A stretch of 64,000 nucleotides of DNA. It comes from the human T2T-CHM13v2.0 reference genome, Homo sapiens. Each line of letters opens with the position of its first letter. Position 1 is the first letter of the stretch. Of the stretch, positions 17,985-31,935 are shown piece by piece. The notes under the pieces are model-generated. The model searched no databases and was not told where the DNA came from. It worked only from the letters and a program-made list of their open reading frames with translations. Made by a program: the position numbers and the translations under genes. The stretch lies in NCBI RefSeq assembly GCF_009914755.1, contig NC_060925.1, one strand, 5' to 3'.

Positions 17985-18685
17985 CAATATGAAAGGGTGC
18001 TCAACGTCACTAATCATTAGGGAAATGCAAGTCAACACATCAGGGAAATGCAACAACTACAATGATCAGTTATACTTCACACCCATTAGGATGGCTATTA
18101 GAAACAAAACAACGAAAAATAACAAGTGTTGACAAGGATGTGAGGAAATTGGAAGCTTTGCGAGCATGGCTTGTAGAAATGTAAAATGGCAGAGCCACCG
18201 TGGAAAACAGTACAGTTCCTCAAAAAATTAAACGCAGAATTATGATATAATCAAGCAATTCCACTTCTGGGTATGGACCCAAAAGAACTGAAAGCAGAGA
18301 TTCAAACAGATGTTTGCATTCCTATGTCACAATAGATAAAAAACAGAAACAATAAAAATATTCACAGATGGATGAATGGATAAACAAAATGTGGTATATA
18401 CACACGGACTATTATTCAGCCTTAGAAAGGAATGAACTGATACATGCCACGACATGGATGAACATTAAAGACATCCATGTCTTTAATGGATGGGGCAGCG
18501 GGGGAGAATAGGGATTTATGATTTAATGCGTAAAGAGTATCTGTTTGTGATAAGAAGGTTCCAGACATGAATGGTGATGATGGTTGCACAAGGGGATGAA
18601 TGTACTTAATGCCATTGAGATATACACTTAAAAATGTTTTAAATGGCCAGTTTTATGTTATGTATCATTTACCACAAGAAAAAGT
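17985..18685 (+). mobile_element. L1MB-like 3' fragment
   Basis: ctcaacgtcactaatcattagggaaatgcaa...tgtatcatttaccacaa. Confidence 0.85.
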
Positions 18686-19023
18686 AATAACAGTCATAAA
18701 GGTTTATTTTAGAAAATTTGGAAACTACGGGGGGCATAATGAAGAAAATGTTAATCACTTCAATGTTAATCTCTAGAAATAAAAACTTTAAGAGTTTAAT
18801 ATATATTTATCTTGTCCTTTTTCTGTGTGTGTACAAGTTTCTAATGACTATGGAATATGTAGGTTTGTATTTTTGTAATCAAGGATGGGAATTAGCATCA
18901 TGATTGAGCACTCTATGTGCCTCTTTCACTAACTCGATTTCTTTTCACCCTCAGAAAACATTGTGAAATAAATTTCATAGCTGCATTTTCCTAAAGAAAA
19001 ATCTTAGAAAACATGATCAGGTT

Positions 19024-19483
19024 TGTAGGGGAGAAGAAATCTTTTCTTGCACCTCCAGAGTTTATAGCTGAGGTATCTATAATAAAAGGTTAATCAGTGA
19101 AAAGCATACGAATTTATGTAATACAAGTTTTACGTGACACAGGAACTTTCAGAAATGAAAACCCAAAGACACAAGGAAACAGATTTTTATACTAAGTTTG
19201 ATGAAGAAATGGACAGTTGTGGTGAAGTATCGGACAAAGGGGGTATGATGTAATGGTAACAAACTGGGGAAACTTAACAAGGTCTGTTTGTTCAGATTAT
19301 TCTCTATCTCTTCAGAGGTAGAGTAGTTCCTTTTCTCTGGACATTAGGAGGATACCCCTGGAATGAGGATCTTATCACCTGCTTTGGGGAAAGGTGAGGA
19401 GAAAATGAGAGACTTTCCTGCTTCTGCTGTTTTCTCAAATACCAAGCTGCTATACCTTGGGGTAATGTGTCCTGAACCCATCA
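19024..19483 (-). mobile_element. ERV1-class solo LTR (MER34/MER39-like)
   Basis: TG...CA bounded; the minus strand starts tgatgggttcaggacacattaccccaagg. Confidence 0.6.
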
Positions 19484-19521
19484 GAATCATATAAATGGCA
19501 AGGATGGGATTTAAAGCACAT

Positions 19522-19874
<353 letters not shown>

Positions 19875-19998
19875 CTACACTGCCTGTAGCATTGGGAGAC
19901 ACAGTTCAGAAACCCAGCTCACACTCATTTTACAAAGCAATAAATTGAGGATCAGAGAAATTAATGTGATTGCCACATATTAAAAGCCTGTATCCTAC

Positions 19999-20274
19999 AT
20001 TTCCATTAGTATCTGATGAGGCATGAGGTGTTGTTTCTGAGGCAGCATCAGAGCCTCCAGAGGGTGGCTTGGTGTTGACCTGGGTCACCTGAAGGTCTCT
20101 ACTGGAGCATGGTAGTTGGGCTGGAGTCAGCTGTCCCCTGGAATCGTAGTTTATTCTCTGGGCTTGAGGCAAATCAAAGAGTCTCCTTGGCACAATAGTG
20201 CTGGGGACTTGGCTGCTGCCAGGTGGAATGTTCTGTTTGTTTTGGTCCAGAATCAGCCTGAGGGCGAATCCTTC
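19999..20274 (-). pseudogene. Candidate exon, 276 nt, fully open, phase 0-0
   Basis: Acceptor ccttcatcttttccag|, then 92 open codons EGFALRLILDQNKQNIPPG...SSDTNGN, then donor AAT|GTAGGA. Confidence 0.5.
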
Positions 20275-20588
20275 CTGGAAAAGATGAAGGTGCAGATGGG
20301 GAGTGGCCAAGCACACCATGTGGCAATCCTGCCAGCTAGTGGCCACATACGGAATGGGCCTAAACCCACCCAAGATGCGACAGGCCGGGGACTTAAATAC
20401 TCAGGTTGGCTTGGAGTCAGAGGGCACAAGCTTCCTCACCTAGCTCTAGGCAGGAACGGGGCGGGGAGACCTGGAGAGATGAAATGATGTGTTCAAGGTA
20501 TTGACAAAATCAGGATTAGAATCTGGTCTGTTACATCGCAACTCTTTTTAGTCATTTATTAAGAATGTTAAGGAACAATCACAAATAG

Positions 20589-20938
<350 letters not shown>

Positions 20939-21205
20939 GAAGATACTTTCTTATGACTACTTTAGATTACTTTTTCCAGGTTGCATGCCTCTTTGGTAAT
21001 GATATTGGGATCTACCAACAATAAGTAGGGTTCCCTCAAGCCGAAGTATCAAGTTCTCAGAATATACTGGTAGATATAAAAGATTTTAATCCCTGTCAAA
21101 TGTTTTCCAAACACTATATAGACAATATATGTTTTTTGATAAATACACAATGAAATACAAGATCGTTTCGACCATAGCTAAAATTAACTTAAGTTAAAAA
21201 ATTAA

Positions 21206-21503
21206 GGCCAGGCTCAGTGGCTCATACCTGTAATCCCAGTACTTCGGGAGGCTGAGGGGGGCGGATCACCTGAGGTCAGGAGTTCGAGACCGGCCTGGCC
21301 AACATTGTGATACCCTGTCTCTACTAAAAATACGAAAATTAGCCGGGTGTGGTGGCAGGCACCTGTAATCCCAGCTACAATGGAGGCTGAGACAGAAGAA
21401 TCGCTTGAACCCGGGAAGTAGAGGTTGCAGGGAGTGAGCTGAGATCATGCTACTGCACTCCAGCCTGGCTGACAGAGCGAGACTCCATCTAAAAAAAAAA
21501 AAA
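21206..21503 (+). mobile_element. AluSx-like
   Basis: Full dimer with TSD aagttaaaa. Confidence 0.9.
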
Positions 21504-22479
21504 AGTTAAAAGCCAACATGGAAGAAGTGGCATCGACAGACATTGAAGGACTGTTAGGATTTCAAAAGGTTAGTGATCTTATAATAAAAGGCACCCAGGA
21601 AGAGTTAACTGCATGAGGAAAAGTGTGAGAGCGATTGGGGAAACGGAATAATCCATTTTGACCAGATATTGTAATACTGGGAGCAAGGTAAAGAGAGTAA
21701 GACCTCTAGAAAGCCTACTGCATTTAGCAATAAGGAATGACTGGTAGTCTAAAAAGACCTGATTCAAATGAGTGACGAGTAATGTTCCCAGGAGTACTTC
21801 CTCATTCCATGGGATGTTAACAGGTATTTGGCAGAAAAATGATTCCATGATTAAATATGCTGGGGAAATATTTAATTAAATTAACGCAGTCTATTATTGT
21901 ACTTCTCTGGACTTTCAGTTTGCAGATATGCATTGCATTGTGGAAAACAATTCTGAACAGCTGTTGATGTTTTAGGGAACCAGTGTTTTATAAATGGAAT
22001 TTTGAAAATATTCCACTAAATATTTTGCCCTTACTTAGTTTTTACGTTTTCCTGATGAAAGAGATCTGAATATACTTAAAGGTAGAAAAGAAGGATTCAG
22101 AAAAAAGAGTGTGACGATTCAGAAGAAAGGAAATACAGTAATTCTTATAAGGATCAAATCTCATTATGTAAAGGGTTGTTTTTCTAAAAGATAAAATATA
22201 TGGGAATATGCTTATTAGGAATTTTCTAAAAGCTGCATTTAGAGTATGTTACGTTCCATGTAAGGCAGAAGGGAAAATGAAATATACATATATTTGCCTA
22301 TATTTACATGAAGAAACAGAATGTATAAATCATAAAACAATAAACCTGGTTATCTACAAGGGATTGTTGGGGGTGGAGATGAATGAGGTAGAGGGAATAT
22401 AGAAGGATGTGACACTTTTGTGTCTACTTTTTTTGTATTGTTTTGACTTTTGAAAGCACTTAATTTAATTAATTTATTT

Positions 22480-22790
22480 TAAAATATTTATTTATTTATT
22501 TATTTTTGAGACAGAGTCTCACTCTGTTGCCCAGGCTGGAGTTCAGTGGCGCCATCCTGGCTCACTGCAACTTTGGCCTCCTGGGTTTAAGCAATTCTCC
22601 TGACTCAGCCTCCTGAGTAGCTGGGATTACAGGCACCCACAACCACACCTGGCTAATTTTTTTATTTTTAGTAGAGACGGGGTTTCACCATGTTGGCCAG
22701 GTTGGTCTTGAACTTCCTGACCTCAAGTGATCCACCCACCTTGGCCTCCCAAAGTGCTGGGATTACAGGCGTGAATCACCACACCCGGCC
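22480..22790 (-). mobile_element. AluSx-like
   Basis: Full dimer with a (TTTA)n tail. Confidence 0.9.
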
Positions 22791-23176
22791 CTGTTTCTAA
22801 TATTGAAGGAAAAGTTATAAGTATTTCAAAATGAATCAGCTTGAAAAACAAAAATCCTAATTCTTTAAAACAAACAACACTGTTTATTCAGCCAATTATA
22901 ATATGTCGTTGATTTGGCAAAGGTAAACAAAATTAATTTAGAAAAAAAGAAGAAATCTAATTTCTAAGATGACTAGCAAGTCTGAAGCAATCTATTTTCA
23001 ACTAGGAAATACAAAAGAAACCTACAACTAGTTGTCTTGTTAAATGAGAAGTGATAATTAATGTTTAGAGTCAAAGCACAAACATCCTCCAACTGCTGTT
23101 TTCATGGCATGATATCTTTGGCAAGGCTTTTGCTTCCCTCTTAATTGTGCATTATATATTTGGAGCATTTCTTATT

Positions 23177-23710
23177 GTATTAAACACCTTTTGGGTGCTT
23201 CTCACCTATCTTTGAGGTCTTTGGCCTCTTGTTCCAGCCCCAGCTGTGGAGCAACCTGCTGTGCATGAAGTGGGATCAGTTCCACCGGAGAACAACCTGA
23301 CATCTCTTTGCCTTATGTCCTCTCTGCATATGTTTCACCTTCTGTTCTGTAGAGACTGAGGTGTGAGACCTCAAGGACATGCTTAGTGTCAATATATGTG
23401 CAACTTAATCATATGAGAGGAATTTATATCTTCCTGGGTGAAGACTGAGCCAGTCTGGATGGACTGTTCTATGAAGCAGTTTTTTACATGGCCTCTTGGT
23501 GAAAGGCACTGTAAGATCAAGGAATCAGTAGTTTTTAATACCAAGAGATGACCAGCTCAGTAATATGTATTCTTGTATCAGCTCTTACATTTCCCCTGCC
23601 TCACTCTCCTTTTCCCTCACTCTTGCTTCCTGGGATTGCATCCTATAATAAAGTAGTAGCACGTAAACTTTGTCTCAGGCACTGCTTTCTGGAGAATCCA
23701 GATTAAGACA
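23177..23710 (+). mobile_element. Old ERVL-class LTR (LTR33/LTR16-like)
   Basis: Ends tgtctcaggcactgctttctggagaatccagattaagaca. Confidence 0.55.
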
Positions 23711-23781
23711 GTTGTTCAATGATTGTTGAAAGGTATGGGAAAATCAAAGATACTTGTTTTGTGTTTTTATTTTGAGGCTTA

Positions 23782-23795
23782 GCACCCCCTAGTGG
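23782..23795 (-). promoter_or_regulatory. CTCF-like motif CCACTAGGGGGTGC
   Basis: One mismatch (CpG-type) from the core CCACTAGGGGGCGC. Confidence 0.45.
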
Positions 23796-23821
23796 AATTT
23801 ATTTTTCACTTTCATTCATAC

Positions 23822-24306
23822 CGAGAGCCCCCAAAATGTTTCTTGTGTACCATTAAGTCTTCTCAGGCAGAAATAGGTCTGGCTAAAACACCAGGAGATA
23901 AAGAAGGCTGCATATAGATGCCAGAGTCATTACATATCTCTATTAATACCTGGAGGAGTCCGTAACACAATGAAAAAACTAAGACTAACTCAATCCACAT
24001 CATGTAATGTGAATGAAATATAAGTAAAAAAAAAAATCAATTCTGATTGTTTTATAGCAATTCATCTGTTGGACTTTCCAGAGAACCTTCATGAGAAAAC
24101 AGATTTTCTTGAATGTGTCTGATGTTGCTTTTGCCCCATGCAGTCTGTGTTTTTGTGTCAAGCAAGTTGTTACTGGTAGCCCATAGTCTTGACCTCTGCC
24201 AGTGCTCGGAGCTCATTTCAAGTACCCCATCTTTATCAATGAGGATTTCATCTTCTTAAATGTCCACCACATTGAGCCTGTTGTTAATCTCAGAAATCGT
24301 GTTCAG
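23822..24306 (-). pseudogene. Two candidate decayed exons (24306-~24050; 23949-23822)
   Basis: tctcttacag|LNTISEINNRLNVVDI*EDEILIDKDGVLEMSSEHWQRSR..., with one internal stop in 85 codons. The second segment has acceptor ctcctccag| and donor TCG|GTATGA. Confidence 0.45.
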
Positions 24307-24378
24307 CTGTAAGAGATAATTTTATGTTGTTTTTGCTGCCCAATATCCATTTATCCTTTTTGTGGCAGTGGTAGCTGA

Positions 24379-24749
<371 letters not shown>

Positions 24750-25024
24750 CTCATCCATAAACTTCTTTTTGAAAATGCCTTAAGTTCAGGGTCCGGGGTA
24801 TAATTAGCATATTTCATCACCACAGTGAATAGTTCAGGATTGAGCATATACCCAAATTGAGACTATAAATGCTGAGGATATTTGGTTTTGCATTTTTTTG
24901 TTTGACATTTTGAGAAGAGACTTTCCTCTTTCACTGAACTAGTTCTTGTGATGATGTGAGCCTGCTGCCACCGGAAGCCACCTTGCAAAGTCTGAGAATG
25001 CAACCAACATAGAGGAAGTAGAAC

Positions 25025-26098
25025 TGAGAAGTGAAGCCAGCTGGACTTCCTGGGCCAAGTGGGGACTTGGAGAACTTTTAAAAAAATTATTATTATTATA
25101 CTTTAAGTTCTAGAGTACATGTGCACAATGTGCAGATTTGTTACATATGTATACATGTGCCATGTTGGTGTGCTGCACCTATTAACTCGTCATTTACATT
25201 AGGTATATCTCCTAATGCTATCCCTTCCCCCTCCCCCCACCCCACAACAGGCCCCGGTGTGTGATGTTCCCCACCCTGTGTCCAAGTGTTCTCATTGTTC
25301 AATTCCCACCTATGAGTGAGAACATGCGGTGTTTAGTTTTGTCCTTGTGATAGTTTGCTCAGAATGATGATTTCCAGCTACATCCATGTCCCTACAAAGG
25401 ACATGAACTCATCCTTTTTTATGGCTGCATAGTATTCCATGGTGTATATGTGCTACATTTTGTTAATCCAGTGTATCATTGATGGACATTTGGGTTGGTA
25501 ACTTGGAGAACATTCCTGTCTTACAAGAGGATTGTAAAACGCACCAATCAGCACTCTGTAGCTAGAATTGTAAAATGCACCAATCAGCACTCTGTAGCTC
25601 GCAAGGGGATTGTAAAATGCATCAATCAGCACTCTGTAAAAACATACCAAACAGTGTTCTGTAGCTAGCAAGAGGATTGTAAAATGCACCAATCAGTGCT
25701 CTGTAGCTAGCAAGAGGATTGTAAAATGCAACAATCAGCACTCTGTAAAATGCACCAATCAACACTCTGTAAAATGCACCGATCAGCAAGATCCTAAAAG
25801 TAGCCAAATGCAGGGAGTATTGAAAAAAGGGCACTCTGATAGGACAGAAATGGAACATGGGCGGGGCCAATAAGGGAATAAAAGCTGGTCACCCCAGCCA
25901 GCAGCAACAACCTGTTCGGGTCCCCTTCCATGCTGTAGAAGCTTTGTTCTTTCGCTCTTCACAATAAATCTTGCTGCTGCTCACTCTTTGGGTCTGTGTC
26001 ATCTTTAAGAGCTGTAACACTCACCGTGAAGGTCCGCAACTTCATTCTTGAAGTCAGTGAGACCATGAACCCACCAACAGGAACCAACTCTGGACACA
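25025..26098 (+). mobile_element. LTR12 (ERV9) solo LTR with an L1PA 3' end inserted at 25076-25500 (minus)
   Basis: tgagaagtgaagccagctggacttcc start and tandem gcaccaatcagcactctgta (CCAAT) units. 4-bp TSD GAAC. L1 TSD acttggagaac. Confidence 0.93.
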
Positions 26099-27382
26099 GA
26101 ACTAAGGAATGGCTCCTGGAGGCATCATTTTATTCCAGAATGAGGCCACTGCTGAAGTCAGCCCTTTTTGTATATTTTACAATTACATTAGCCAATAACT
26201 TCCCTTCTTTGTTTAAGCTAGATTGAGTTGGGCTTTTTAATCACTTTCAACTAAAAGATTCCTAACTGGTAAACTGTTCAATTCTGAACTTATAGCCTTG
26301 TTCCAACTTGATTCTCTCTTGGTATTTATTATTTTAGTGATTGCAATTATCATCCATCCAGTTGTGCCAACTAGAAATTTAGGAGTTATCTTGACGCCTT
26401 AATTTTTCAGTTTCCATATCTAATTCACCACTGAATTTTGGATATTTTGTCATTTAATCATATTTTGAAATGATCTAATTTTTATTCCATATCCACACTC
26501 TAGTTCAAGATAGCCACATCTCTCACTTGAACTGCTACTACTACTAAAATAATATTACACCTAACCTTCTCTGAGCTCCTCATCCATTCTCCCATCTGTT
26601 TTCCATTCTTCATCCAGAGGGATTTTTTTCAAAGTACAAATCTGACCATATAATGTCCCTTTATTCCAGTCCTCCTATTAAAACCCCAAAGTTACTCTTA
26701 GAATAATGAAAACTCCTAAGAAAGTTTGACTCTCACCCATCTCCTTCATCTCAGTGACACTAAAGTCTACACTCTAAAGTCACTGAGGGCCACTGCATAA
26801 GTTGATTCTTCTGCCCGGAATGATCTTTCTTCCCCTTTTCAGATCTCAACTTTGGGCCATTTTTTTGATTAAACCTCGTCTGGCCTCCATGATTAAGTCA
26901 AATAACAGTATTCCAGAATTCATATCACTGTGTGCTTGGTTTGGGATCTATCACAAACTAGGGGTGATATCTGTTTCTTGACTACATTTTTATTCTTTTA
27001 ACATGAATGAGATAGTTAAGACAGAAACCAGTCAAAAGAATTCACAAAGCATTTTTTCAACTACGAAAAGCAATGTCCAAATGATAATTTATCTGCATTG
27101 CTGTCTGTCTGAAAGAGGTCTTGATTCCCAGAGTGGGTGTTGATGGGACAAACGTGGTTGAATGGTAGGAGTGCGAAAGAGGCAGGAGGACGTGAATGTG
27201 AAAATCGATTGACGTAGAACAGATGAACCAGGCATTCTATTATTTTCTATAACTTGCTGAATGGGAATAGGTTGTGACTGATCTTATTATTAACCCTGGC
27301 TTGGAGAAAAATCCTTATAATTTCACTTTAATGTCAAAGTTTGAAGCCTATACAGCCATCCCAGGATAAACTGAACAGATCC

Positions 27383-27858
27383 TGTGGCAGCTATTGGTGT
27401 ATGCTGCTGTTATTTTCCTTGAAGTGGGAACACTCTGCAAAGAGAAGAGTCAGTTGACAGCCTCTAGATGCTGCAGGTTTGGGGTCCATTGAAGTGAGCG
27501 TGATGAGGCTATATGGTCTCTGGGCTGCTCTCAGACAGTAACTGAGCATGGCAGGGGTACTAGAGCTTAGCCATTCTTGTCCAAAATGGGATTCCTCTAA
27601 TGGGATAACTTTGCTCTGGGGTGCCTTGTTGACCTGGTCAAGACTCTCAGATCTGCATCACAGTCTGGAGCTTTGCCTTACCACTTTTCTTCCCTTCCTC
27701 TTTCCTTTCATAGGTCGCAGATGAGCATCATGGTCTGAAGCCCCTTCCCTCCTACTCCTGTTCCTTTTCCTTTATTATTCATAGTCATTTACCCCAATTC
27801 ATCATTTGCAGATCTAATTCTGCCTTGGTATCTGCTTCCAGGAGGATCTGAACTGACA
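27383..27858 (+). mobile_element. LTR16A-like (ERVL) solo LTR
   Basis: tgtggcagc...gttgacagcctc...ggggtactagagc...ggaggatctgaactgacaca. Confidence 0.8.
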
Positions 27859-28178
27859 CACACATTCACTTGGGAGCTACTTATGGAAGAAAAGGATGTG
27901 GAATGTTTTCCTCTCTCCTTTCACTGTATCTGGAGGGAGGAAAGTAGATTTGGTGTTAGGGAAGCAGGTTTCTTTTGGCTACCTGTATGTTGGTGATGGC
28001 TAGTTTGCTGCACATTCCAAAGCTGATCATCACCATCCATCAATTTCATCAATATCTCCTGATGTGGGGGACCTATAGATTTGGATGGTGATGAACATGG
28101 CCCTGAGCCACTGTCTAGGCATCTGCGGTTTCTGTGAAGTTTTACGATGCATCTTCCATCTGAAGCCATCTTACTTAC

Positions 28179-28611
28179 AACTCCCATGCATGTGCCTCTG
28201 ATGCATGCGGTCGATTTGGCACAAGCCTTCCCTTCCATCCCTACCCATCTTTTGATGTCCCTATTGTGATCCAATTGTTTATACCTCTCAGGAGACATGG
28301 TGTGTATGTGGCGAGAGTAGCTTTGCGGCTAAGCCTTGCCCTCTTCTGCCAATACCCATCCCTTCCTTCCAAAATGCTTTTCCCTAAGTTTTGTTAGGAA
28401 ACCCTGAGACTAAGCAGACCAGAAGCTGGTAAGCAAGATGCCAGTCTCCTGTTCCTGTGGTGCCACTGTACCACTGTAGTATGGCTGTCTAATGGATTCC
28501 TCCAAACCAGGAGTCAGGGTTCATGCAACATGCTCTTCACATCCAGGAACTTGAATCTGACCCCAAAAGATCTCTTCCTGTTCTTTAGCTCATCTTAATT
28601 TTACCTTTCTC
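28179..28611 (-). pseudogene. Candidate decayed exon
   Basis: Acceptor ctccattctcttgctag| at 28611 and donor GTT|GTAAGT at 28179. One frame is stop-poor and continues into the 125-aa ORF 27921-28298. An upstream donor CCA|GTAAGT lies at 29086. Confidence 0.4.
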
Positions 28612-29530
28612 CTAGCAAGAGAATGGAGGTAGGGAAGACGAACTGTTCTTAGTTTACTCTGATTTTTTCCTTTGGTCCCACTCTGGCAAGTTCTTCATTG
28701 AACTTGATCTAGGACATTTTGGAGTAGGGGGGTAGTGAGGAAAGCAAATTAACATTTTCAGTGGCTGTCACTGGTCAAACACATACCTTGCAAATCTGTC
28801 TAGTTGCCCACCTTGTTAAGTTACAAGGCTTTAGTAAGATAACATATGTAGAGTGTTTAGAAGAGTGCCTGGACACAGTAAACAATCAGTAATATTAGCT
28901 ATTATTTTACATTGATGAAAAATTTAGCCAAAGCCAGAAACAAATTTTATTATGTAAAAATCTTATATATTTCCTAATTCTCCCAGCAAAAGTGAGAATT
29001 TATCAAGTACTTATTCTGTTCAAAATGGCAAAAGAAAGTAATATATTGTATTTATAATTTTTAAAATGATGGGATTCTAACTTACTGGAGAATCCACAGG
29101 CACAGAATTAAAAGGGAAGGGTCCTTTGGTAAACTTCCTTCAACGCCATCTGCTTTCTAATGCTATGCTTTCTTCTTGAATTTCTCCTCAGTCTGTGCTT
29201 TGGGGCATCTCTAGTTCAGGAGTAAATGACTTTCACTATGTGAAAATAATGACATTTTCATCCCACGTAGTGCCCCTGGACAGAGTCATTTCACTCTGTC
29301 TGTATGATCTGCATCACCATGTGGATGTTGTATGAATTGGGCGGCTGTGGCTTCACTGGGTCAGATTTCCCAGACCTTTACACTATCACTATGTTCGAAT
29401 ACTATAGCACATTTTCTCTCAATTATTATAACAGTGTGTTTTAAAATGAGTGATTATTAAAATATTATTTTAGAACAGTTCCTGTTCTCGAATGCTGCCA
29501 GCATTTGTACTCCTAGGTAATCTTTTACAG

Positions 29531-29740
29531 CAGGGGTTAGCAAACTGCAGCCTACCACCTATTTTCATAAGTAAAGTTTTGTTGGGACATAGCTATGATT
29601 ATTTATTTTTTCTTTGTCTGTGGCTGCTTTTGCACTATAATGGCAGAGTTCAGTAGTTGCAATACAGATCATAGGGCCTATAAGTCTAAAACCTTTACTA
29701 TCTGATCCTTTATGGAAAAGGCTTGCTGACTTCTGTTCTG
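29531..29740. mobile_element. MER58-like hAT MITE
   Basis: caggggttagcaaact...gcttgctgacttctg. Confidence 0.75.
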
Positions 29741-31799
29741 TAGCGTGATTATTTCTGCAGAGGAATGTCCACACCCAGAAGATACAGGGTGGGGTTCTCT
29801 GACTTTTTTTAGAGGCAGATATTTGGCCACTTCTGAAGAGGAGGGAAGGGGATTTATTAGTTTTCTAGCTTACTCCAGCTGGGTTATATCAGCAGGGAGA
29901 AAGAACAAAAATCGGTGCTGTTGAACACAAGTGACTTACTGTTCCCTGTCCATGGCCCTGTTTCAAGTTCATCCTTAGGCTTGTGGCCTTTAGGACTCAG
30001 CTCCCTTTTTTTGGAGTTATATTAATATGGCACTATCAGTTTGAAAGGGAAGGAGAGAAGGATGGTCAGATTTTCCCTTTCATCAATATTTTGCCTAAAG
30101 TTGGCAGCCTTTCCTCTCAGCTTTGGGACTCAAAGATTATCCATGCTCTTTTAATATTAATATTCTGCCTAGCAGGGGGCAGCTTTTGAAGTGTACCTAC
30201 ATTTTGCAGTTGATATAGTTCATGTTTCCTTCAGATTTTTTTTTAAACCAATTGATTGAGAATGGCAGACTTTCTCACTGTCTCCTTCATGTGTCTTAAC
30301 CTCTATTTCATATTTTCCTTTTGTCTATCTGGCAGTGCTTTGCTAATTCTTTTTTTTTAAATCTCCATTTTCCAGTTCACTAAATCTCTCCACTGCTGAG
30401 TCTAATTTCCTGTTTTTTAATTGTGATTTTTTCAATTTCTAGAATCTCTATTTGGCTCAGTTTTATATCTAGCTGGCGGATTCTAATAGTCTATTATGCT
30501 AGTGTCTTATTTTTCACTACTCTTCAATTTAAAAAAATATACTAGACATACACATCTATTATTTTGGGTCTGATTATTCCCAAATCTAGTCTCTGCAGTC
30601 ATATTCTGATGTTTGTTCTGACTGCCAACTCTCACTTATTGTAGTTTGTTTCCTTCTCTGATAATTTATTTTATTGTGGTCTTGGAACTTTGTCTCTGAG
30701 AATTCTTTAAGCCCGTGCTTGAAGTGACTTTCTCTAGAGTATATTTGATATTTTAAGCCCCATTTCTTGGAATACTGCCAAGTAGGAATCAGTCAAATTA
30801 CATTTGAGTTGGGGTTTTCAATTAAAAGGGCAGTTTGGATTTTGACCCTCACATTATGAGAATGTAGGTTTGTGTGAAGAATTTTCAGGGGAGCCATTTA
30901 TTTTTATTTTTTATTTATGTTTTCTTTTTTCACACAAAGCTGAGAAACGAGTGTCTCTATGCCTGTGTCTATAGAGAGAGGTTGTTTCCAGTTTACCATT
31001 GGGGCTATGACCCTTTTGTGGTCCTGACACTGAGCTGACTTCCCACTCTGCATTGATTTTGGCCTTTGTCTCCTGTTTGTTGTCAGTGGCCCCTTAATAA
31101 CCCAAATTTCAGGCCACCAGGGACCAAGAATCAGCAAGTACCTTCAAGGAAAAGATTGGCTTTGGTACTAACTTATATTTGTGTATCCTTGGACTCCCCT
31201 GAATAATTATATCCCTTCCCAACAGCTCAGTCATACATAAAACATTTTGTTACTTTAAAAAACTTTTCATAAGCATTTTTTGGTGTGTTAAACCAGAAGG
31301 GGTTTCACTTAATGTTTATATAGGCATATCAAGAAAGAAAAAAAGGAATTTAAAAAAAGAAAAAAAATCACTGTTTCTTCCAGTTTTAACGAAGAAAAAA
31401 AAAGACATATGTAGTCATATTATCAGAAATGTCCCTTCATCTAAAAACTCATTTTGTCTACTCTTCTGTATATGTCTCTCACCCTTCTTTCTCCACAACA
31501 TCTCTTGCATCTTTCCTTTATTCCTTTTTTCCATTCTCATTCTTATTCAAGTCCTCTACACCTTAGACGTGTACTATTGCAAGGGCCTCCAGTGCAAATC
31601 CTTCTCTTCCCTGTGGCCCATCTTCTAGTTCTTCCTGTACCTGATAGCCACATCTAGCTTCCTGTAAATTTACTTAGACAAATGAAATGCAAACAGTCAG
31701 CAATGGCATATTTGTATTGGTATTTTAGAAAATGTCTAAAAGAAAAATGATCAGCAATACAGGGAAGAGAAATTGTATCATTAGAGAAAATAAGTAAAT

Positions 31800-31887
31800 G
31801 AATATATATTTTTATATGTCATATATATTTTACACATATGACAATGAGATACATATATCAGACATATATATTTATATGTCATATATA

Positions 31888-31933
<46 letters not shown>
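31800..31933. repeat. (TA)n / AT-rich simple repeat
   Basis: Direct reading. Confidence 0.95.

Positions 31934-31935
<2 letters not shown>

Noticed and set aside
25530-25790. Tandem ~20-40-bp repeats resembling a CRISPR-like array
   Set aside because: These are the normal CCAAT enhancer repeats of LTR12 U3, with no unique spacers, in a eukaryotic context.
27383-27455. Apparent strong acceptor (tcttctctttgcag| at 27434) giving a phase-matched exon ECSHFKENN...
   Set aside because: It lies inside the LTR16A-like element starting at 27383, so the phase match is coincidental. The downstream 27000-27380 frame has a near-random stop density. This shows that individual exon calls here can be spurious.
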